Of a stretch of 64,000 nt of DNA, positions 28,594-38,700 are shown piece after piece. Numbering within the stretch: the first letter of the stretch is position 1; every line of letters begins with the position of its first letter. The stretch is from assembly GCA_035464095.1 (NCBI GenBank), contig DATHSO010000081.1, positions 604 to 64,603 of the forward strand, in the 5' to 3' direction. Origin of the DNA: Candidatus Methylomirabilota bacterium. GTDB lineage: Bacteria > Acidobacteriota > Thermoanaerobaculia > Thermoanaerobaculales > Sulfomarinibacteraceae. The translations under genes and the position numbers were made by a program. The notes below the pieces were generated by a model. The model was not told the DNA's origin, did no database searches, and worked only from the letters and a program-made list of their open reading frames with translations.

Positions 28594-29793
28594 TCACTTG
28601 AGCTGCAGCGACTCGAGGAATCGGGCGTTGGACGAGAACTCCCGGACCTTCTGCAGCAACAGCTCCATGGCCGCCTCCGGTGACAGCGACGACAGGGCCC
28701 GGCGCATGAGGTAGAGCTTCTCGACCTGCTCCTTGGGGTACAGCTTCTCCTCCTTGCGGGTCCCGGACTGGGGGATGTTGATGGTCGGGAAGATCCGCTT
28801 CTCGAAGAGCCTGCGGTCGAGCACGATCTCCATGTTGCCGGTGCCCTTGAACTCCTGGAAGATGACCTCGTCCATGCGCGAGCCGGTGTCGACGAGGCAG
28901 GTGGCGACCACGGTCAGGCTGCCGCCGCCCTCGACGTTGCGGGCCGAGCCGAAGAAGCGGCGCGGTTTCTCCATGGTGCGGGCGTCGATGCCGCCCGACA
29001 TGATCCGCCCCGAGCCCTTCTGGGCGTTGTTGTAGGCGCGCGACATCCGGGTCAGCGAGTCCATGAACACGACCACGTCCTCACCCATCTCCACCAGCCG
29101 CCGGGCGCGCTCGAAGACCATCTCCGAGACCTGGATGTGCGACTCCAGGCTCTGGTCCGAGGACGAGGCGAAGACCTCGCCGCGGGCGATGCTCCGCCGC
29201 CAGTCGGTGACCTCCTCCGGGCGCTCGTCGACGAGCAGCACGAAGATGGTCGTGTTGGGGTGGTTGACCGCGATGGCGTGGGCCATCTGCTGGAGCAGGG
29301 TGGTCTTGCCGGCCTTGGGGGGGGACACGATGAGGCAGCGCTGGCCCTTGCCGAGGGGGGCGATGAGCTCGGCGACCCGGGGTTCGACCAGGTCGGGGTC
29401 GGTCTCGAGGTTGAAGCGCTCGAGAGGGTCGATGCTGATCAGCTCGGAGAAGGGCAGGGCCTTGGCGCGGTACTCCTCGGGCGGCAGCCCCTCGATGCGC
29501 TCGACCTCGGTCACCCGGGGCCGGTCGCCACCCTGGGCCTTGGCCTCGATGTGAAGCCCGCTCTCCAGGTGCAGGGCATCCACCAGCTCCTTGGGGAAGA
29601 GCGGGTCGGACGGGCCGGCGACGAAGGCCTTCGCCGAGTCGACCAGGACCGGGGCGCCCTTGTCGCGCACCCAGAGGTAGCCCTGAACGGTGACCGGCGG
29701 TCCCGCGGGCCCACTGCGCCGACGGGGGCGCCGGCGACGGCGCCGTGATTTCCGCGGGTCGTTCTTCTGGCTTGATTCCGTGTTGTCGGTCAT
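28594..29793 (-). CDS. rho: Transcription termination factor Rho (short, Arg-rich N-terminus)
   Basis: Walker A in GQRCLIVSPPKAGKTTLL. Also VLLVDERPEEVTD and the C-terminus RIFPTINIPQSGTRKEE. ATG 29793 gives 399 aa starting MTDNTESSQKNDPRKSRRRRRRPRRRSG. Confidence 0.9.
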   Translation of the reverse strand: MTDNTESSQKNDPRKSRRRRRRPRRRSGPAGPPVTVQGYLWVRDKGAPVLVDSAKAFVAGPSDPLFPKELVDALHLESGLHIEAKAQGGDRPRVTEVERIEGLPPEEYRAKALPFSELISIDPLERFNLETDPDLVEPRVAELIAPLGKGQRCLIVSPPKAGKTTLLQQMAHAIAVNHPNTTIFVLLVDERPEEVTDWRRSIARGEVFASSSDQSLESHIQVSEMVFERARRLVEMGEDVVVFMDSLTRMSRAYNNAQKGSGRIMSGGIDARTMEKPRRFFGSARNVEGGGSLTVVATCLVDTGSRMDEVIFQEFKGTGNMEIVLDRRLFEKRIFPTINIPQSGTRKEEKLYPKEQVEKLYLMRRALSSLSPEAAMELLLQKVREFSSNARFLESLQLK

Positions 29794-30043
29794 GCCTTTC
29801 CTCGAGTGCTGCAGGGCAACGACAGCGGCTCCCGTCAGCTGGAGCCGGGACCCCCACCACCGGCGACCTTCCGCCACGCGGTGAGGGGACGATCGCGAGC
29901 CGGGGCTCGCCTCACGAAACACGATCGTCGTCGAGAAGTGGTCCGGGCGCCGGCGAAACCCGAGGGTTTCCAACCGCGTGCGACACAGCGCCCGAGCTCA
30001 AGCTTACGCTGATCCGCCCCCATCTGCAACATCTTGCCGTCGA

Positions 30044-31255
30044 TCAGCCTTCCCGGTGCTCGTCGAGCGAGCGCGCGATCGCCTCGACCAGACGCCGCGC
30101 GACCTCGGCCTTGGCCAGCCGCGGCCACGACTCGACGCCGCTGTCGCGGACCAGGTGGACGGTGTTGTCGTCGCCCCCGAGCACCCCGCCTTCCCGGGAG
30201 ACGTCGTTGGCGACGATCCAGTCGCAGCCCTTGCGGCGGCGCTTGGCGGCGGCCCGCTCGAGGACGTCGTCGGTCTCGGCGGCGAAGCCGATCACCAGGT
30301 GCGGCCGCCGCTCTCGGGATCCGGCGAGGGTGGCGAGGATGTCGGGGTTCTCCACCAGCTCGAGGACGGGCGGGCCGCCGTCGGTCTTGCTGAGCTTGGA
30401 CGTTGCCAGCGACGCGGCCCGCCAGTCGGCGACCGCCGCGGCGCACACCGCCGCGTCCACCGGCAGCTCGGCGAGGCAGGCCGCGAGCATCTCGGCGGCG
30501 GTCTCGACCCGGACGGTGCGGACCCCGGCGGGGTCGGGCAGCGCGACCGGCCCCGACACCAGCACGGTGTCGGCCCCGGCGGCGGCCGCGGCGGCGGCGA
30601 TGGCGTGGCCCTGCTTGCCCGAGGAACGGTTGCCGAGGAAGCGCACCGGGTCCACCGGCTCGAGGGTCGGTCCCGAGGTCACCAGGACCCGGCGACCGGC
30701 GAGCCTCCGGTCGAGCGACAGCAGACCCTCGATGGCCGCGAGCAGCTCGGACGGCTCCACCATCCGCCCGGGACCGACCTCGCCGCAGGCCAGGTCGCCG
30801 GCACCGGGGCCGACCACGTGGACGCCGCGCCGAACCAGGGTGGCCAGGTTGGCCTGGGTGGCCGGGGCCTGCCACATGACGGTGTTCATGGCCGGCGCCA
30901 CCAGCACCGGACGGTCGGTGGCGAGCAGGGCGGTGGAGGCGAGGTCGTCGGCGATGCCGGCCGCCATCTTGGCGAGGGTGTTGGCGGTGGCCGGCGCCAC
31001 CACCACGAGGTCGGTCTCGCGGGCGAGCCGGATGTGGCCCATCCGGGCCTCGTCCGAGGGCGAGAACAGGTCGCTGGCGACCTCCTGCTCCGACAGCGCG
31101 GCCACCGACAGCGGGGTCACGAAGTGGCTGGCGGCCTCGGTGAGGATGCAGCGCACGGCCACGCCGCGCTCCCGCAGACGCCGGATGAGGTCGAGGCACT
31201 TGTAGGCGGCGATGCCGCCGGTGATGACGAGCAGAACTCGCTGACCCGGACCCAT
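30044..31255 (-). CDS. coaBC: Bifunctional phosphopantothenoylcysteine decarboxylase / phosphopantothenate-cysteine ligase
   Basis: VLLVITGGIAAYK flavoprotein N-terminus. CoaB half with VTSGPTLEPVDPVRFLGNRSSGKQG. ATG 31255. Confidence 0.9.
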   Translation of the reverse strand: MGPGQRVLLVITGGIAAYKCLDLIRRLRERGVAVRCILTEAASHFVTPLSVAALSEQEVASDLFSPSDEARMGHIRLARETDLVVVAPATANTLAKMAAGIADDLASTALLATDRPVLVAPAMNTVMWQAPATQANLATLVRRGVHVVGPGAGDLACGEVGPGRMVEPSELLAAIEGLLSLDRRLAGRRVLVTSGPTLEPVDPVRFLGNRSSGKQGHAIAAAAAAAGADTVLVSGPVALPDPAGVRTVRVETAAEMLAACLAELPVDAAVCAAAVADWRAASLATSKLSKTDGGPPVLELVENPDILATLAGSRERRPHLVIGFAAETDDVLERAAAKRRRKGCDWIVANDVSREGGVLGGDDNTVHLVRDSGVESWPRLAKAEVARRLVEAIARSLDEHREG

Positions 31256-31279
31256 GGAGCGATGATAGCAGCCTTGATT

Positions 31280-31300
31280 TTGTATACCGATTGTATACAA
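31280..31300. promoter_or_regulatory. Candidate GntR/FadR-family operator: inverted repeat TTGTATAC-N5-GTATACAA
   Basis: ttgtataccgattgtatacaa sits in the 52-nt gap between divergent coaBC and the GntR gene, 8 nt before GTG 31308. Each half contains GT-N2-AC, the core of GntR-family operators. Confidence 0.5.
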
Positions 31301-31307
31301 TTGCCTC

Positions 31308-32009
31308 GTGGCCTCCTTCGACGTGCGCTCCGGAGCTCCCCGACGCACCGCCGCCGAGCTCGTCTACCAGGCACTCAAGCGCGACATCATCACCCTGCGC
31401 CATCGGCCCGGCTCCGCGCTGGGCGAGCAGGCCCTGGCCGACACCTACGGCACCAGCCGGGTGCCGGTCCGGGAGGCCTGCCGGCGGCTGCAGCAGGAGG
31501 GGCTGCTCATCGCCATCCCCTACAAGGGCTACTTCGTGAGCCCGATCTCGCTCAAGGAGATCTCCGACTGCTTCGAGCTGCGCTCCGCCATCGAGCACCG
31601 GGCGGTGGCCCTCGCCGTCGCCCGCGCCAGCGACGCCGACCTGGAGCGGCTGTCCGAGCTGGCCTCGGTGGCCTACACCTGGGACGACCACGGGTCCTAC
31701 GTGGCCTTCCTCGAGGCCAACCTGGAGTTCCACCTGGAGCTCGCGTCCCTGGCCCGCAACGACCGCCTGCTGTCGGTCCTCCGGGACCTGCTGGTGTCGA
31801 TGCAGCGCTTCTTCTTCCTCGGCCTCGATCTCGGCGACTTCTCGGCCGAGATGCGGGGCGAGCACGAGCTGCTGGTCGAGCACATGGGCCGCCGCGACGC
31901 CGCGGCCGCCTCGGCCTGCACCGAGGCCCAGATCACCGCCTCCTACGAGCGGATCCGGCGCGCCCTGGCAGCGGCCGACCGGGTCGAGATCCCCATCACC
32001 GAGGTGTGA
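31308..32009 (+). CDS. GntR-family transcriptional regulator (FadR/FCD subfamily)
   Basis: wHTH in YQALKRDIITLRHRPGSALGEQALADTYGTSRVPVREACRRLQQEGL. All-helical FCD-like C-terminal domain. Confidence 0.85.
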   Translation: MASFDVRSGAPRRTAAELVYQALKRDIITLRHRPGSALGEQALADTYGTSRVPVREACRRLQQEGLLIAIPYKGYFVSPISLKEISDCFELRSAIEHRAVALAVARASDADLERLSELASVAYTWDDHGSYVAFLEANLEFHLELASLARNDRLLSVLRDLLVSMQRFFFLGLDLGDFSAEMRGEHELLVEHMGRRDAAAASACTEAQITASYERIRRALAAADRVEIPITEV

Positions 32010-32010
32010 C

Positions 32011-33207
32011 ATGAGCGACTTCGTCTACCTGGACAATGCGGCCACCACCTTCCCCAAGCCGCCCGAGGTCATCCGCTTCATGTGCGACTTCTACGCCTCC
32101 CGCGGCGTCAACCCGGGCCGGACCGGCTTCGACCTCGCGCTCGAGGCGGAGGAGGTGGTGGCGGACGCCCGCAGCGCTCTGTGCGAGCTGTTCGGCGGCA
32201 CCGTCCCGGACCGGCTGGTGTTTTCGCTCAACGTCACCGACGCCCTCAACCTGCTCATCGGCAGCGTCCTCGCCCCCGGGGACCACGCCGTCACCACCTG
32301 CCTGGAGCACAACTCGGTGCTGCGGCCCATGTACCAGCAGCGCGAGCGCGGGGTCGAGGTCGACTTCGTACCCTTCGACGGGCGCGGCTACGTCGACCCG
32401 GAGGCCATCGCGGCCAGGATCCGCCCGACCACCAAGCTGGTGGTCCTCAACCACGGCTCCAACGTCATCGGCACCATCCAGCCGGTGGCGGCGGTGGGCG
32501 AGATCTGCCGCCGGGCCGGGGTCCTGTTCGCGGTCGACGCCGCCCAGACCGCCGGGGTCGTGGACATCGACGTCGATGCGATGAACATCGACCTGCTCTG
32601 CTTCACCGGCCACAAGTCGCTGTACGGGCCCACCGGCACCGGCGGCATGTACATGGCGGAGCACGTCGACCTGATGCCCTGCCGCTCGGGCGGCACCGGG
32701 GTCAAGAGCGCGCTCCGGGCGCAGCCCCGGGACTACCCGTGGCGCTTCGAGTTCGGCACCTTGAACACCATGGGCATCGCCGGCCTGCTCGCCGGCCAGC
32801 GCTGGATCCGCTCCCGGGGCGGGGTCGACGCCATCTACCGCGAGGAGATGGTCCACGCCCGCCGGCTGCGCGACGGCCTGGCCGAGATCGAGGGCGTGGT
32901 CCTGTACTGCGCCGACATGGACCACGACCACCTGCCGGTCTTCGCCTTCAACGTCGCGGGCCTGCCCGCCGACCAGGCGGGCCAGCTCCTCGACGTGGAG
33001 CACGAGGTCATCACCCGCACCGGGCTGCACTGCGCGCCGCGGGTCCACGAGGGCATCGGCACCGCCGACATCGACGGCACGGTGCGCTTCTCGGTGGGTG
33101 CGTTCACCACCGACGAGGACGTCGACCGGGCGATCGCCGCGGTCGCCGACATCGCCGCCTACGCCCGGGCCCGCAAGGCGACCGCCGGCCGCGTGGTGCT
33201 GGCCTGA
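32011..33207 (+). CDS. Class V aminotransferase-fold cysteine desulfurase / selenocysteine lyase family enzyme (SufS/CsdA-like)
   Basis: YLDNAATT N-terminus. PLP-lysine motif FTGHKSLYGPTGTGG. Group-II-type active-site loop RTGLHCAP. Confidence 0.85.
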   Translation: MSDFVYLDNAATTFPKPPEVIRFMCDFYASRGVNPGRTGFDLALEAEEVVADARSALCELFGGTVPDRLVFSLNVTDALNLLIGSVLAPGDHAVTTCLEHNSVLRPMYQQRERGVEVDFVPFDGRGYVDPEAIAARIRPTTKLVVLNHGSNVIGTIQPVAAVGEICRRAGVLFAVDAAQTAGVVDIDVDAMNIDLLCFTGHKSLYGPTGTGGMYMAEHVDLMPCRSGGTGVKSALRAQPRDYPWRFEFGTLNTMGIAGLLAGQRWIRSRGGVDAIYREEMVHARRLRDGLAEIEGVVLYCADMDHDHLPVFAFNVAGLPADQAGQLLDVEHEVITRTGLHCAPRVHEGIGTADIDGTVRFSVGAFTTDEDVDRAIAAVADIAAYARARKATAGRVVLA

Positions 33208-33267
33208 GCCGGGGCCTCAGGTAGCGCCCGACCCCGAAGCGTGCTAAGACTGGGCCGGGGGAACTCC

Positions 33268-34536
33268 ATGAGACGTCTTCTCACCATCGCGCTCCTCGTG
33301 CTACTCTCGCCCGGCATCGTGGTCGCCCTGGATGACGCCACCGCCGACCGGATCCGCACCGCCGCGGACGAGCTCTACCCGTCCCTGGTCGAGTGCCGGC
33401 GCTGGTTCCACGCCCACCCGGAGCTGTCCAACCGCGAGGCCGCCACCGGCACCGAGATCGCCCGCCGGCTGCGCGCCATGGGCTACGAGCCGCGTACCGG
33501 GGTTGCCGGCCACGGCGTGGTCGCGGTCCTCGAGGGCGGCCGGCCGGGCCCGGTGGTGGCCTGGCGCTCGGACATCGACGCCCTGCCCATCGAGGAGGCG
33601 GTGGACGTCCCCTGGCGATCGCAGAGCCCGGGCGTGATGCATGCCTGCGGCCACGACGTCCACACCACGGTCGGCCTCGGCGTCGCCGAGCTGCTCATGG
33701 GCATGCGTGGGGACGTGCCCGGCACCGTCGTCTTCCTCTTCCAGCCCGCCGAGGAGGGCGCACCGCCGGGCGAGGAGGGCGGCGCGACCCTGGTGCTCGC
33801 CGAGGGCGCCCTCGACGATCCGCGACCGGAGGCGATCTTCGGCCTCCACGTGATGCCCAACCACGAGGTCGGGACCGCGGCCTGGGGCAGCGGGCCCTTC
33901 ATGGCCTCCGCCGACCGCTTCTCGATCACCGTCACCGGCCGCATGACCCACGGCTCGGCGCCCCAGGACGGGGTCGACGCGGTCTGGGTCGGCGCCCAGG
34001 TGGTGGCCGCCCTGCAGGGGATCGTCGCCCGGGAGATCGACTCCCGCAGCCCGGTGGTGCTGTCGGTGGGGACCTTCAACGCGGGCAGCCGGTTCAACAT
34101 CATCGCCGGCTCGGCCGAGCTCACCGGCACCGTCCGCACCCTCGACGCCGCCGCCCAGGACCACACTGAGGCCGCCATCCGGCGCATCGTCGAGGGCGTG
34201 TGCGCGGCCCACCGGGCGACCTGCGAGGTGGTCTACGACCGGGTCACCCCCATGGTCGTCAACGACCCCGAGCTCGCGCGCTCGGCGGTCGCGGCCCTGC
34301 GCGGCCTGCTCGGCGACGACGCCGTGTTCGAGGTCGATCCGATCATGGCCGCCGAGGACTTCGCCGAGTACGCCCGGGTCCTGCCCGGCTTCTTCTTCTT
34401 CCTCGGGGTCGGCAACGAGGCCGAGGGCTGGACGAGCTACGTCCACACCCCGACCTTCCGGCCCGACGAGGAGGCGCTCCGGGTCGGCGTTCGCGCCGTG
34501 TCGACCCTGCTGCTGGACTTCCTCGGCAGCCGCTGA
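33268..34536 (+). CDS. M20D-family amidohydrolase (N-acyl-amino-acid / hippurate hydrolase-like), secreted
   Basis: Signal peptide MRRLLTIALLVLLSPGIVVA. Motifs HAHPELSNRE, MHACGHD and FQPAEEG. ATG 33268 has a GGGGGA RBS. The track ORF starts at 33241. Confidence 0.85.
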   Translation: MRRLLTIALLVLLSPGIVVALDDATADRIRTAADELYPSLVECRRWFHAHPELSNREAATGTEIARRLRAMGYEPRTGVAGHGVVAVLEGGRPGPVVAWRSDIDALPIEEAVDVPWRSQSPGVMHACGHDVHTTVGLGVAELLMGMRGDVPGTVVFLFQPAEEGAPPGEEGGATLVLAEGALDDPRPEAIFGLHVMPNHEVGTAAWGSGPFMASADRFSITVTGRMTHGSAPQDGVDAVWVGAQVVAALQGIVAREIDSRSPVVLSVGTFNAGSRFNIIAGSAELTGTVRTLDAAAQDHTEAAIRRIVEGVCAAHRATCEVVYDRVTPMVVNDPELARSAVAALRGLLGDDAVFEVDPIMAAEDFAEYARVLPGFFFFLGVGNEAEGWTSYVHTPTFRPDEEALRVGVRAVSTLLLDFLGSR

Positions 34537-34542
34537 GGCCGC

Positions 34543-35355
34543 CTACGCCGCGGGCGCGAAGTTGGCGCGGACGTGGCTCTTCCGGAAGCCCGCGCGCTCG
34601 ATGTTGCGGTAGGAGTGCTGGGGGTCGCCCGGCACCGCGACCCCGGTGGCGGTGACCAGCAGGTCGCAGCCGAGCTCGCGGGCGTCGTCGATGCGCCGGG
34701 CCAGGATCGCCCCTTGGCTGCCGCGCCGGCGGTGTGAGGGCCGGGTCGCCGCCCAGTCGAACCAGGCGGTGCCGCCGTGGATCCGCAGGGCGCCGCAGCC
34801 CGCCGGCTCGCCGCCGTCGAAGCTCAGGTACACCCGCCACTCGGCGAGGCCTGCCAGCCCGGCCAGGGCCTCGGCCCACGGCGCCTCGAGGCCGAAGGCC
34901 GCGGCGGCGATCCGCCCGAAGTCGCCGGCATGCCGGCCGTCGACGAGCCGGACCTCGAGGTCGCTGGTCGCCGCCGGCGGCGGCTCGGGGGGGCGGACGA
35001 ACTTGGCCCAGGCCCGGGCCGGCTCGAGGGCCTCCCGGGCGAGCCACTCGCCGAGCTCGGCCGGCGCGGCCGCCGGATCGAGGTGGACGAAGTAGCGCTC
35101 GACGCCGGCCCGGCGGTAGCGGTCGACGATCTCGCGCACCGTGGTCGGATCGGCAGGGCGCTCCACCCCCAGGCCCAGCGCACGGTTGACGACGATGCTC
35201 GTGGGGCTCGAGGCCGCGGTCGCCACCAGGGCGCCGTCGACGCTGTCGACGGCAAGGCCGAGGTGGCGTCGCAGAGCGGGTGAAGTGGCGCGGGCGAGAT
35301 CGGCCAGGGCGGCGCGCTCGGCGCGTTCGGAACGGATGCGGTCGGAGTCGTACAC
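34543..35355 (-). CDS. GNAT-family N-acetyltransferase (two-domain)
   Basis: 270 aa. C-terminal acetyl-CoA motif RRRGSQGAILARRIDDARELGCD. GTG start is preceded by GGGAG. Confidence 0.75.
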   Translation of the reverse strand: MYDSDRIRSERAERAALADLARATSPALRRHLGLAVDSVDGALVATAASSPTSIVVNRALGLGVERPADPTTVREIVDRYRRAGVERYFVHLDPAAAPAELGEWLAREALEPARAWAKFVRPPEPPPAATSDLEVRLVDGRHAGDFGRIAAAAFGLEAPWAEALAGLAGLAEWRVYLSFDGGEPAGCGALRIHGGTAWFDWAATRPSHRRRGSQGAILARRIDDARELGCDLLVTATGVAVPGDPQHSYRNIERAGFRKSHVRANFAPAA

Positions 35356-35419
35356 GGCTGTCTCCCTTCGGAGGAAAACACCCCGGCGACGGCGCCGCCC
35401 GGGGGTGCGAATGGGTCGT

Positions 35420-35641
35420 TCAGGCTGCGGTCCGCTGGCCGGTCGCCGGGGCTTCGCGGGCCGGTTCGTCGCGGGAGACGTCGCGGCCCGTCAGCATCTC
35501 GAGCACGCGGTCCGAGCCGCCGGTGTAGAAGCCGGCCTCACCGTCGAAGGTTTCGGGGTTTTTGAAGGTGCCGAAGATCATGTCGAGGAGAAGGAACGCC
35601 GGCAAGCAGGCGAGGGCGAAGAGCTCGAGCATCTGGGTCAT
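35420..35641 (-). CDS. Small hypothetical membrane protein
   Basis: ATG 35641 is preceded by GGGAGG. One TM helix (MLELFALACLPAFLLLDMIF). 73 aa. No family recognised. Confidence 0.45.
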   Translation of the reverse strand: MTQMLELFALACLPAFLLLDMIFGTFKNPETFDGEAGFYTGGSDRVLEMLTGRDVSRDEPAREAPATGQRTAA

Positions 35642-35756
35642 GGTCAACCTCCCATCGGCTGCGGCGGCCACGGGATGTGTCCGCCCGACACTCGGAAGGC
35701 GTGACGGCGCGCGGAACGGTGTTCCGTCGAATGGAACACCGCGGTGGAGCACCCAG

Positions 35757-38700
35757 TCAGGGCGGCGGCTCGTAGCAGCAGAAGGTGCCGGTGCGCAGGG
35801 CGGCCTCGAGGTGCCTGCCCGCCGCTTCGTCCTGGGCGGCGATGCGCTCGACGGCGTCGCGCAGGCGCCGTTGGACGTTGACCCTGGCGCGTTCGGCTGC
35901 GGCCCCCGAGCGCCGGGTCCGACCGCCGAGGCCGAAGGCTCTCGCCAGCTCGGCCGACAGCAGCTCGAGCTCCTCGCGGGCGCGCTCGGCGCGGCCGGCG
36001 TCGTTCCACCCCTCGGCTTCGGCCAGCTCGGCCTGCAGCTCCTCGACCCGACGCCGGTACTCGGCCCGGGCGCGGTCGTCGAGGACCTCGCCGGCGTCGC
36101 CGGTGTCGACCGCCGGTCCGCCGTCCGCCGCAGCCACCAGGTCGAGGACGTGGACCTCGACCCCCGGCCGCTCGAGGAGCAGCGCCAGAAAGCGCACGCC
36201 CTTGGTGTCCTTGAGCCGGAAGGCGGCGCCGCTCGAGCGGCACAGCCAAAGCTCGCCGTCGCGCTCGAGGCTCAGTGTCGGGCGATGATCGCTGGGCGTC
36301 GACGTGGCAGCTCGTTGTGCCGGGGCCGGCCCCTCGACCCGGTCGATGAGCTCGAGCAGGCCCTCGAGGCCGAGCTCCTCGGCCAGGGCCCGGGCCCGGT
36401 CGAGACACTCCCGGGCAGCGTCGTCGGCGCCGCGTCGGACCAGGGCCCGCCCGTGCTCGTAGGCCAGCCTCGCCGCCATCGGTGGGCTCCCGACCGCCGC
36501 CGCGGCCCGGGCTGCATGCTCGAACCAGCGGTCCGTCTCCTCGGGACGTTCCCCCAGCTCGGCGAGCAGGGCCAGACAGCGGCTCACCGGCCCGTCCCAG
36601 GCGAGCCCGGTGAGGCCGTGGTGGGAGTGGAGCTCCGAGAAGGGCCGCAGCCGCGCTTCGAGCCGAGCCGCGCGCTCCCGATCGGCCGCGCACACGGCCA
36701 TCTCGGACAGGCCGCACAGGGCGGCGCGATCGCCCAGGGCCAGGATCTCGGCCTCGGTGTCGGCGTCGATCACCGGCAGCTCCGAGGCGTCGGGCTCGGT
36801 CCGGGCGAGCACCCCGCCGAGGGCCGGCACCAGCCAGATGGCGGTGCCCGCCGTGGTTCCGGCGGCGCGCAGCAGGCGGCGGCAGCTCTCGGCCAGCTCC
36901 GCGTGGCGCTCCCGCGCCCGGTCGAGGGCGATCCGCTGCAGGGCGAGGCAGCGCTCGGAGTTGGGGTCGCCGGCGTGCGCTGCCGCCTCGGCCGCCGCCG
37001 CCAGCCGGTGCTCGGCCTCGCCGAAACGACCGCTCATGGTGTCCCGCAGGGCGTAACCGGCCTCCACCACCCAGCGGTGGTGCGGCAGCCCGGTGCGCCC
37101 GGCCAGCGCCTCGGCGGCGGCCAGGGCGCGGTCGATCTCGGTGATCCGGCCGAGCTCGAGGGCGTCCACCATGACCCGAAGGTGGCCGCGGAATGCGCTG
37201 ACCGGGTCGCGAAGCGCCTCGGCGAGGCGAACGTGCTCGCGGTTCAGAGCCAGCCGCTCAGAGGGCTCGGCCAGGTCCATGAGGGCCGAGCTCGCCGAGG
37301 TGATGGTGTCCAGGAGCACCCGCGGGTCGTCGACCCGGCGGGCCAGGTCGACGGCCTGCCGCGCCAGCTCGAAGGGCCCTTCCGGAGGTGCGGAAGGCTG
37401 GCGCGCCGCCGCCAGCCGGGCGGTCACCAGGGCGCGCAGCCGCAGCTCGTCCGGCTCCAGGCGGTCCAGCGCCTCCTCGAAGAGCTGAACCAGGGAAGCG
37501 TCCACGGTGCCGTAGACGAAGACCCGGCCGCGGATGAGGGCCGCCCGGGCGAGCTGCCGGGCCGAGCCCACCGTCCGGGCCAGCTCGGCGGCGCGGCGGC
37601 AGCTGGCGCGGCCGGCGTCGGCCCGGCCGGCGGTGACCTGGGCGTCGGCGACGTCGAGGAGCAGCTCCAGACGGGCCTCCGGGCCGGCGTCGGCGGTCTC
37701 GTCCATGGCCGCGAGGGCCCGCTCCCAGTGGTCGGCCGCGTCCTCGAAGGCGTGGCGGTCGGCGGCCCGGCGGGCGGCCCGCCGCCAGGCGTCGACCGCC
37801 GCCGCCCGGTGCTCGGCGCCGGCCGCGTCCAGGTGGAGCGCAATCTCGGACCACGGCGGGTCGGCCAGGGCCGCGAGCTGCCGGGCCCGCCGGCGGTGCA
37901 GACCCCGGCGCCGGGACGGCTCGAGGCCCGAGCGCACGGCCTCGCGGGTCAGCATGTGCACGAAGCGCCAGCCGCCGTCGGGCGCGGCCTCGACCAGACC
38001 GGCGTCGCGGGCCGCCTCGAGAGCGTCTCCGACCTCGTCGGGCGGCGACCCGGCGAGCTCGGCCAGGGGGCCGACCGAGAAGTCGCGGCCGAGGATCGAG
38101 GCGACCTGGAGGGTCTCCCGCGGGCCCGACGAAAGCCGGTTCAATCGCTCCGAGACGGCGGAGCGCAGGCTGTCGGGGACCCCGAGAGCGCCGCCGTCGG
38201 CGCACACCCCAGGGCCGCCCCGGGCTCGCAGCAGGCTCACGGTCTCCGCCAGGTGGAGAGGGTTGCCGTCGGTGGCCTCGAGCAGGCGCCGCACCAGACA
38301 GGGCGGCGGTTCGACGCCGCAGGCCGCGGCCACGTACCGGCCGATGGCGCCGTCGTCGAGGCGCGCCAGCCGCAGGGACTGCGCCCCCCGCGATGCCCGC
38401 CAGATCAGGGGCGCCCGGTCGGAGAGGTCGGCACCCGCTTCGCGGTGGGTGCCGACCACCAGGGCCGGCGAGGTCCGCAGCTGGCGGGCGACGAAGTCCA
38501 GCACCTGCAGCGAGCTCGAGTCGGCGGCGTGGAGGTCCTCGAGAATCACCACCAGGGGCCGGTGCTCGGCGGCGGTCTGAACGACCCGCGCCACCGCGTC
38601 CATGAGGTGGAAGCTCGCGTGCTCCGGCTCCAGCCGCGGCGGGCCGTCGGCGTCGGCCACGAGGTCGGCGAACTCGGGCAGGAGCCGAGCGAGCGCCCGG

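Noticed and set aside
30025-30039. Sigma-54-like match on the minus strand upstream of rho (cGGCAAGATGTTGCA).
   Set aside because: The GG-to-GC spacing is one nucleotide short of the strict consensus and the first T of TGGC is missing. It also lies only 5-19 nt beyond the coaBC stop codon (30044-30046), at the far end of the 250-nt rho leader.
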